NCBI RefSeq assembly: GCF_964204865.1
Contig: NC_135253.1
Span: forward strand, 4,278,001-4,342,000
Source: Styela clava
Lineage: Eukaryota
Length of the DNA stretch: 64,000 nt
Direction: 5' to 3'
This document shows, piece after piece, positions 54,507-64,000 of this stretch. A model generated the notes under the pieces. It was not told where the DNA came from. It saw only the letters and a list, made by a program, of their open reading frames with translations, and did no database searches. Within the stretch, counting starts at the first letter, position 1. Each line of letters begins with the position of its first letter. The translations under genes were made by a program, and so were the position numbers.

Positions 54507-57500
54507 TCAGTGGTCACTTTTGGAAACAAGTTGTCTTCCGAGGCCATATGGTGTCATTCCTTGCTGCGAAGCGACTTGGTTTGTGCCCATCTGCAATAAA
54601 AAAAAAATTTAATATGCATTTAAGAAGGCATGCAAGGACAGCAAGTATGCCATGCTCTGCTACTCAAATAAAAACATCGCAAGGCATTACTGCATCAAGA
54701 GTGGATAAAACTTTCTAGGATGCTAAATATAACACTGATAATTAGCTATAAAAAATGTAACCAATCTCATGCTTGCCATGTTTATAGAGGATTACTTCTG
54801 TCCTGCCAACCTAATTAAAGCATGAAATAGGAAGTATCCCACACAGTTACATTATTATTTATGATCGGTGGTATATGAATGAGGCTATTCGAGGATTACA
54901 ATATTTGATAAAATCCATCAATATTTGTAGCTATAAAGTCCCAACAATTCGATGTCACTGACAATTTCATATACTTAATATAATGGTAGTAAAATATCTA
55001 GTCTTCATTGCTAATGAGGTAATCTAACAAGAAAGTAATCAGTATGTCTTGAAAAAACAATCCATAGGATAGACAAGGTCAATTGAGTTAAAATCTATTC
55101 ATTTATTTAATAATTTCAAGATCAATCGAATTATCAAAAGCCGTAGTTATATATAGTTAAGTTTTATGCCTTCACTCGGGTTACAAGGTATACAGAACAG
55201 CTAAGGTTTCAATAAGAGTTGTTTTTCCAATCAACCTTCAATAGTCCCAAATTGTTTTATTTTATATTCATTTTGTTGTCCTGAATCCTGGCGAGAATAT
55301 CAATTTAACATAACGACCACACATCTTCCCTATGACTATTAAATATTGAACAATTTTTCACAGAGAAATATTTAGCAAATAATTGTGCAATAATAATACT
55401 AGTTCACATAGACACGGCGCGGCGGTGTGGCTCAACGGGCTAAGCGTTAGGAATACACTCGCCACCGCACCTCTAATTACTCTGTGTGGGTTCGCAGGTT
55501 CGAATCCCATGCAGGGATGGTTATGCGCGAGAAGATTGCTGGACTCCTCGCTGTCGTTGGATGGTTCACGTAACTGCGGGTCGGTTACGGCTTCCTCCAC
55601 CACTAAGTCCATCCTCCCGAAAACAAACAATATAACTAATTGAATGGTAACCGGACGAGAGGCTGTGGTTCGCCATATGGATAAGCCGTCTTATCGGCTT
55701 TCCTCTCCCCGGGATAAATAAGTAAATCCTATCCTATCCTATACACACTCAATCATGACATATCATGCCCTCAAACACAAACTTACACTAAGATTACCAA
55801 TTACTCAAATATTGGCCGAAAGTTAGAGACTGTTTGAATGTCACACGGGCACTGTCTGGTGTAGAATATATCAATGAAAAGTTAACACAGCAATTTGTAA
55901 ATGAAAATTCCATTGATTTGAGAAGGATGCAATGTCTTTTACACTAAAAGGACTGAATCATAGAGTACCATTATTTGGTAGGTGAATATAATATCAATAT
56001 TCTCCAGATAAACTAATTTTTTCGGAAAATTTAACAAATTCCAAAATTTAATACCCAAGCACAATTCTTGACATACTTTGGTATCAAATTTTTACGTTAT
56101 ATGATTTTAAACGCAGCAGGTATGGTAGCTTTAAACAAAATATCCAACAAAAACTGATGCTGTAATTTAGTTTCATACAAAGTCTAACATCCTATATTTC
56201 AAAACAAAGTTCAATCAATTGCATAGCATGTTGTACCTGCAAGCCAATGATGTTGCGACCTTCTTGTAGTTTATTTTCTTCAAAGTTTCTGTAGTTTGTT
56301 TGCGATACTTTAACACCAATAGTTGGGCCATCAAAGTCATGCGAAATAGCTTCTGATCCAAGTTTGAATAGGGTTGCTTGAACTTGTGCTAAATTTGTGC
56401 TTTCATACAGGCAAACAGTCTAAACAAAAATATTATTGAATAAATTAAATTAAATGAATATCCAAGTAAGCCATGGAGAACACTATTGCCACAAAAATAT
56501 AGAGCCATTCCACAATTACATATTTCATTTTCATGTTAAACGATTTAGTGAAAAATTGGAAATTGGTCCAACCGTTTATATCTTCATCAAGTGTGCCTAA
56601 CTGTCTGCCACAAATCTTTGCATGACTCTGATAAACCCCATTTCAATTCTAATTACATTGGATCGTCTCAATATCTTACTTTTAATGTCTAGTTGGCTGA
56701 ATTAAAAAAAAAAATCCTAGCTGTTGTACCATAGAACATTATCTAATATTTGGCTCAAACATTAGGTGAGTTTTCACACATAAAATCAGATTAGATGGTT
56801 TTTAGACTGCAGAGAACTATAATTGTGGGTCAAGCATAACATACCTGGAATAAGTCTATAGGTTTAACACCATAATTTGCCGCTGCTTTGAGAAAAAATC
56901 CAATATTTTCCATTTCTTTGTTTCTTCTCATCGCCTTATTAATGATAAAAATGAAAACGCATGATATAATTTAAAAACTATTATGCATGATATCTATCAA
57001 ACTATTTTTAAGTTAGTTTTTGAGCTAGTATTGCCCAACTATTAAACTATTTATTAATGAAAGGTTGCAATATCATTGGTGAATTTAATTTAAATACATA
57101 GACAACAAGGAACATTTTACCTTTCGAATCTTCAGTAAATTAGTGCTGCTATAAAACCTCTATGCATAAATAACATTTCTTCCTCCCAAAATATTATTCC
57201 AACTGAATTGAATTAATCATACTTACAAGCAACTTGACATTATGTGTCATATGGGGCTTGCACACCCTTTCACCACATAATTTGTTCATCAGTTCACACA
57301 ATATAATACCGTCTTTCAACCAATCTTGAAAATACTGTAACATCAAAGAAATGTTGTCAGCCACAAAGTTTATTTCAAACATTGTACAATTTATTTTCAC
57401 CGCTATTCCCATGTTAGAACACAAAGGTATAAATGAGACATGGAATAGAAAAACTCTAATAGGAAAACAAACAGTGATTATAAAATATATCATCAAAATA

Positions 57501-58190
57501 TATATCTAATGCTTTCATAGTTTAGTCAAATTGGAGATTTAAAATATAGAAATCATTAAAATAAAAATTGTCAACAACTATCAAACTGAGATAGTGTGAT
57601 CTATTTTATATAATATACAATATTTCAGCATCCAATTTCAGCTATAATAATTCCCATTTTATAGTAAACAGAAGTATCATATCAATCAACCTCGACATGG
57701 TGAAATAAATCTGATCTAGCATGATCAGATGTATCAATATTACAAATTTCTTAATTGTACATGACAATTTCATTAGATCTCAGTATATTGATATTCCATT
57801 CCAAAGTTAAAAACTGAAACAGTGAGCAATTTTTGGTATGGGACTAAACGAAGCTATGGTTACATGTCTATGACTACTTTTTTGATGTTTTGTCCATTTA
57901 TTTTTTTTATTGTCACTATAGTGTTAAAATTTGATATAGCTGTATAATAAATGGATCAGGTATGACCAATATAATTTGTAACATTAGAAGAAATGCATAA
58001 ATATATATACCTCTTTGCCTACACCTTCTGGATAAGATAGGTGTTCACTTTCAGGAGGTAGACTGAGAACGGCTATAATCCATTCCATGAGCTCATTTTC
58101 ATCATCCAATGAATATTTTTTATCCAGTTTTCTTTCTATTTCTCTGTCCATTCCCATACCTCTCACTCGGTATTTCGTGTTGTTTGACAT
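54507..58190 (-). CDS. Transgelin/myophilin-like protein D (214 aa)
   Basis: Exons 58190-58011, 57334-57227, 56934-56845, 56419-56237, 54590-54507, all phase 0. FQDWLKDGIILCELMNKL, ENIGFFLKAAANYGV..DLFQTVCLYE, IIGLQMGTNQVASQQGMTPYGLGRQL. Confidence 0.94.
55416..55740 (+). mobile_element. tRNA-derived SINE
   Basis: A box TGGCTCAACGGG, B box GGTTCGAATCC, GC-rich body and (TCCTA)n tail. Possible TSD ATAGACAC/ATACACAC. Lies antisense in the last intron of myophilin D. Confidence 0.85.
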
Positions 58191-60493
58191 CTTACAGTGT
58201 TTTTGTTTGCAAATCAAGGAAACCCAAATATTATTTTGGTTAAAACGTTCTCAATTTGCAACGATGGTCAACGTAGTAAAACAACTTTGACAACACCTGA
58301 TATCACAGGATCTAATTTGTGTTAATGGAAACTGATATTTATTTGAACCTGTAAATAACAAGTGAGCATATCCATTCAATCATTCTTTAATACTAAAGTT
58401 AAAAATAATCCGTTGTCCAGAATGTGAAAATCGATGGCTTTGTTTTCTCTAAATTTAGCTGTGTGTAAATATTTATGACCTAAAATGAAATTCGCACAAA
58501 TTCGACCTGTTTACCACCAGCGTTGATGGATAGTCGAAAACGGAAAACGTCTCGCCGTAAACGCCTTCTCTTCGTTAACGATAAGGAAACGCTTTCTAAA
58601 ACAACAAGTGTTGTTGTATGTTCACACTTTTCTAACAACAGGGATGTGGGGTGATCGCTTTCTTTGAGCGAATCAAAATTCAAAACAAAAAATAAACAAT
58701 GTTTCAAATATTACCAACCAAAAATATAAAACAATCATAATAACAATAATTCCTGATCACCTTGCTTTTGTTAAATCTTGGCCGCCTCACATTCTTTATA
58801 CAAGTATTATGCGACTAGTTCGAATTGTTGTCTGCCTACATCATGAAACCCTAGCCGAAATGGCCAGTTCTCTTTAGGTAATGTATTCTCAGACGAAAAA
58901 TGTCGTAACATTATTTACAAAATTGAAACGCTCTTTCATTCTTCGACACGACCAGGTGGGCTGTTTGTACTGCTCAACCGCTTATCTCGACTAACTATTG
59001 AAATACCGCACTGCTCGATACCAGGACAAAGATACGGAATGTGGTTAAAAGCACTTGACGAATCTTCGAAATGATTCAATAGCTTCGTCAGGAAACTTCA
59101 AATTCGCAATAATACCGATCTACCAAATTCATAAACATTTAAAGAAATTGACTGTAAACAATCGATTCTTTGATACAAAGATGCGATACTTCTTCCATAG
59201 TCCAATGCTCAACGAAATAAGAAGGCGTTTTTAAATTTTATATGATGGTTTGATTAATGCACACATTACCTTCAATGTAAGGGGAAAAACTTGAGGCAGA
59301 AGCTGAACTAACTAAGTTGAAGTTAAACCTTGAACGTTTTACTGTATGTAACCGCAGTCAAACTTTTTAATCCAACTTTACCGACTTTATTACGATAAAA
59401 GATTATAGTCCCATGTTTACATAAGCATAATTACACAAAGAAAATGAGAAAGCTTTTCTCCGTGGCATTGAGCAATTACGCGATCAAGTTTCCGCTAGCT
59501 TTAGCGACTTGAGTTAATAATTGGCTCAGTTTCACAATGTTTCAACTGTCTACCCCTGCTTAGACATAAGCCAGTTGTTCTTTGGAGCGTGTAAAATGTG
59601 TAATCGGATTTATCTAGAAACATTCCGTCGTCAATATATGCCCGCTTACGTCTAGAAAAAAGAGATAGGTGACTAGACTTATTTTGTCAAATATTGCCCT
59701 ATCAAACGTAAAACGTAGATAGCTAAAGATCCGTGTTACTCAATGGTCTGACACCGTCATGGTCTGCGCATTTTGGAACATTCCAATCACATCAAAGGCA
59801 ATAAAAGCACGCAGTTATGCGTTCGATAAAAATAGTTGGTTATGCTGATAAACAAATTTCTTTCCACTTAAAAAGTAGAACAAAACAGCTTTTATTGGCG
59901 TCGTGCGTGACGTTTTTTAACCAACCACATAATAAAACGATAGTACTGCTGAAGAAATGTCTCATTCATTAAGGCAAGTAATCCTACACCAGAAACCATT
60001 ATTCAATAACAAACAGTACGCTCTGCGTCATAAAATAAATTTGGGAAATATGCATATTTCTACATTTTTTTCGGTAGATATTTTTAATACAAATAACGTT
60101 TAATTTAGTTCTTAGTTTTGATACAATTGAGTACGCCATATATTATGGATCAGCGATTGTCCCCATAAGACTAATTACAAATATACAAGCGTACATGCGA
60201 ATCATTGTTCGACAATTTTTGCAAGACACTGCTCTTTTAAGAAAGCGATTAATAATGTGTATTGATTTTGCATTTCAGGATAAACCAATTGCAGCAAACT
60301 TATCAATCATTTCCGTTTTGAAAAATTAACTCATGTGAATGTTTTACCAAATTTCCCGTTCAAAAATAAAAAATATACAACTAGCTATTAACAACTATTT
60401 TTAGGGCAGCGAATCACCGAATAATCTTCACCAAAATTGCCGAATATTTTCGATGTGTTTTTATCATAATATTACCGGCGTTTCATCCATACA

Positions 60494-60545
60494 TGGTAAT
60501 GGACTACGTCATTGACGTAGAACGAGAGTGCCGGCCTATATAAGG
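60494..60545 (+). promoter_or_regulatory. Candidate core promoter: CRE half-site palindrome + TATA box
   Basis: CTACGTCA-T-TGACGTAG palindrome followed ~26 bp later by CCTATATAAGG. A GTAAGA donor lies at 60929, upstream of the WAP gene acceptor at 62388. Confidence 0.45.
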
Positions 60546-62388
60546 AAAACATTGCCTCAGGAACTTTTTCGCTAACAATTACAACTTCTAATGAGCCTTG
60601 ATCCTGCACATTGCGACGTAATTGTATTCATTAGACATGTGATTGTAGAGGTAAATACTATATAACAGTACGATTACACTAGTTAGTGAATCTGAAAATT
60701 GTCGCTTAACTTGGAACTCTATCACAAGTTCAACCCCAACGCACGGTCGATATACTTTAGCCGTTTCTTGTTGTCCATTCTTGGAATTTTACAAGTTTTG
60801 AAACATCAGTAGCACTCGACTCTCTATTGCCCCCAAGCGAGCAATTCAACACGAATTTGAAGGAAGATTTTGACGGTCAAGATTTTTCAAGACAAATCCA
60901 GAATCTATATCAAAAAAATCATATCAAAGTAAGACAGAGCAGAAAATTAAATTTTTTTATCATCATTTTACGTGGAATGTCCATTTTACACATGACTCAA
61001 TAGTAGGTTCTGCAGAATAAAAATATGATTTATTTGACACGTAGGCTACAGGGTGTCTAAAAACTTAGCCTACGAGTCGGAATTTTTGGTGCTTTATCAT
61101 CGACGGTTTGTTCCGAAGAGTTAAGTTAAAATCTGTTCTACAAAAGTCAAAGCAATTTTAAAGTATGCCTGTCTGACACAAAAAGCTTGCCTGGCTCTCA
61201 TCAAACCAATGCCTATGTAACTTGCGGCGATTATACAATACTGCTATCTCCCAGTTTGAATGCCAAAGCACAATCCAATTATACGATGAGGTGAACCTTT
61301 GCATGGCATTTTTATTGAATATTTTTTATGTAGCGCAATATTTAGTAATGTTAGTCCTAACAGCTGTGATTTTATCGAAATATCCAAGTTGATACCCTAC
61401 GGCTGAAACGTGCTATTTTTCTGTGTAGTCGGTCGTGATAATCTCAAGCGACTCCAGTGAGCTAAAAGTTATGAAAGTTAAACCACATGGAAGATGTGTT
61501 GGGTTATAATTGTCAGAATAACATTTAGATTAACTAAACTTTGAAATTAAAGTCACTGAAAAAGTTTATCTAGTATTCACTAGTAATCACTAATAATCTT
61601 AGGTCTTTTGGAGAAGGAGGACTTGTTCATTCAAGAAAGGCACATAGCCTAAGTGATAGCACGGACGATACTGATAGCAATAGCTGCGTCTTCCGTCCCC
61701 GTCCATCTACGTGACCACATCGAATCAAATCATTTGTTCAAATTTTGGGCTCATGTCTGTATCACCTGTTTTAATTATGAAAGCTCGTAGGTGATTTGAA
61801 AATTTAAAAAAGATCATTCGTGTTCATTCACTGTCGAGTGTAATAACAGCATGACACGACTTTGAAAACTGTTACTATAATCTCTAGTAATAAAAAGAGC
61901 TCCGTCAGTACAAAAATATGCTGGCCTAAGCACTCGCACGACATCTTCAAGCAATTACGGTTCGCAGGTTTGCCGCAAACCGCCGAAACGCTGCGGAATG
62001 CGATGCTGCATTGCCTGTACAACGGAGTGACGGGAACGGCGCTTATGACTAGGCTGAAAATTTTCACGAAGCATTCGTTGCAAAAATAAACGTTAATATT
62101 CCAATGCGAAATAAAATTCAGGAATTAACGCTTAAAAATCAGTAAATATTAAATTAGTTGTTTTTAGTGACAAAAGAGAAATCTTATTGTATAACTGCTA
62201 AATGCCCTGACGAATGCTTCTGTCGTGAAAAAATTCGAGAGATTTTCAACTTCTCAATGTGTTACTCTTGCAGCATAATTTGATTTAGTCCTAAATATGC
62301 AAGTGGGAAGAGCGTAGAAAATTTATCTTTAAGCTTATATGCTAACAAACATGCAGCTTACCCATTCTGTTGCCCCATGCGTATTCAG

Positions 62389-63464
62389 ATGAAAGACAAA
62401 ATGACTACAACAAAACAGCATTCTACGTTCTGTGGAATAACCGATGAACGTAAAGAAAAGGAGTCTGCAATACGTGAAGTCCAATCAACTAGTGATCGGT
62501 TAAATTACTGTGAATATATAATTTCAACAAGTAAGGAAGATGTAGGCAATAAATCTCAAGTTGAACGATTGAGGAGTCGAGGAATTAATACATTTTTTCG
62601 CAATAAAAAGTGGTTTCTAATTATCCTCATGGGATATTTTATAGGAATTACAGAAGGATATAGGCATGCCATAACAAATGGAGCAACTTGTCATACAGAA
62701 CAGGTACGTCACATTAATTAGCTTAGTATTTTCACAGGAACCTTGTTGGAATTTGGTTATAGATACTTTGCGTTACTTTTTATTGGTACAGCTGATTGCC
62801 GATATATGAGAGGAAAATCGGTTTGAACTAAATTTCAGTTGATCGGATTGATAGAGATACACAAATTGGGATATGCAAAAGTTTATATGAACACCCGTAC
62901 TAACTTGGAAAAATCTTCTTGTAGAAAAACAAATATATATTTAAGGTTCCATTACGAACCTCATGCAATTTTAAAATTGATAGTATGGTAGATAATTTGA
63001 GTTGATTTTTATGTGAAATAGAAAACTTTTTCAATTTTATTCTGCCATGAGGCTGAAGACAATAAGTTTGTCAGTACCGAGCTATATGATGATGATCAGA
63101 AGATCGTGAATGTCGGGACCATCAGTGGGCAGTATGTTTATCAACTAATGTATATATGTATAGAAAAATGGTCATAAGTTGGTTCACAGCCTAAAAGGTA
63201 CATTCCAACACGTATTTTGTTATTATCGTGCATGATATTTTGTGCTGACAGGGTGAAAACGAAGACATTTTTCAAATATTCGGTCACACGTTTCGGGTGC
63301 AACGGAGCGCAACGCGGCATCATCATTATCACCACCTTAGCAAGCGGCTTAGAGAAAACGACAAAGAATCACCGAAGCCTGTCACGCGATGTCCACCCCC
63401 CATGACAAGATTAGCCAGCGATGCTTGCACTGTTGACCCATGTGAGTCGGACAGAGAGTGCCGG
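62389..63464 (+). CDS. WAP four-disulfide core protein (WFDC1-like), first two coding exons; gene continues beyond the window
   Basis: Exons 62389-62703 and 63252-63464, phase 0, GT-AG. Hydrophobic stretch WFLIILMGYFIGITEG, then RCPPPMTRLASDACTVDPCESDREC, the first half of a WFDC1-type WAP domain (CPPP...AC....C..D.EC). Confidence 0.72.
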
Positions 63465-63734
63465 GTAACTATATTTTCAAGCATGATGTTTAATCATTAA
63501 AATGTGTTGGATGTAAACATGTCGAACATCATGTTGGAAATGAATCTAAATTTTATGTTTACGACGAGATTATAGTTCATTAACATATTGATATTTGTAC
63601 GATATAAAATCGATTCTCCATTTATACGTTATAAATCTGCGTATTAAATGATTTAACTATAAAAAAATATTAGTATTTGTTAAGAAATACGGTAGTACCG
63701 CATATAAGACACTTCAATAATGTAGATTTAAATC

Positions 63735-63921
63735 GGTGACCGTACATTTGAACACATGCGTATATCCGCGGGTTCAATCTATATGCGGGTGCTAAAACCC
63801 ATGGGTTAGGGTGAGTATGGGTTCAAATATCCGTAAAACGAAAAAAAATTCATAAGTGCGATAGTATGCAGTTGCACTTGTCATGGGTTCAGATGTACGT
63901 GGGTTCAAATGCAATGGAACC
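63735..63921. mobile_element. Second copy of the Mutator-type MITE
   Basis: Same sequence family as 36303-36485; flanks ATTTAAATC/ATTTAAATA (8/9 match). Confidence 0.85.
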
Positions 63922-64000
63922 ATTTAAATAAAATAATCATTGCCTTGTTCTTGTACATCGTATTAGTACAATTTTAGAATGCTATGAATTTGTATTCAGT

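Noticed and set aside
55416-55515. tRNA gene
   Set aside because: No clean cloverleaf or acceptor stem; it continues into a SINE body and tandem tail.
55358-55643. Overlapping 86-90 aa ORFs on both strands
   Set aside because: By-product of the GC-rich SINE.
1-64000. CRISPR array, operon or prokaryotic defence system
   Set aside because: No regularly spaced repeat-spacer array and no long intronless ORFs; the sequence is spliceosomal-intron eukaryotic DNA.

Overview
AT-rich, intron-containing animal genomic DNA, not prokaryotic. A connexin whose coding region is split by introns points to a tunicate/ascidian (inference: connexins are chordate-restricted and most vertebrate connexin ORFs are largely intronless). 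Splicing exons by hand gives: (1) a 6-exon connexin on + (4309-15083, ~415 aa); (2) a TNF-receptor-superfamily gene on + (~22324-26436) with four OPG/DcR3/DR6-type cysteine-rich domains, a TM helix and a tail with no visible death domain; (3) four transgelin/SM22/myophilin-like calponin-homology genes on -, with identical intron positions, one lacking the C-terminal calponin repeat; (4) the first two coding exons of a WFDC1-like WAP-domain gene on +, running off the window. A [TNFR 3' half + myophilin] cassette was duplicated in tandem and decayed reciprocally: copy 1 kept the TNFR and truncated the myophilin, copy 2 did the opposite. Introns and spacers hold hAT/Buster, Mutator-type and Tc1/mariner elements, a tRNA-derived SINE, a tandem retroelement-like relic and several decayed ORF fragments I cannot name. 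I see no clearly novel multi-gene system; the best leads are the TNFR architecture, the reciprocal decay and the CH-only myophilin. All family assignments are from motif recognition, not database searches.
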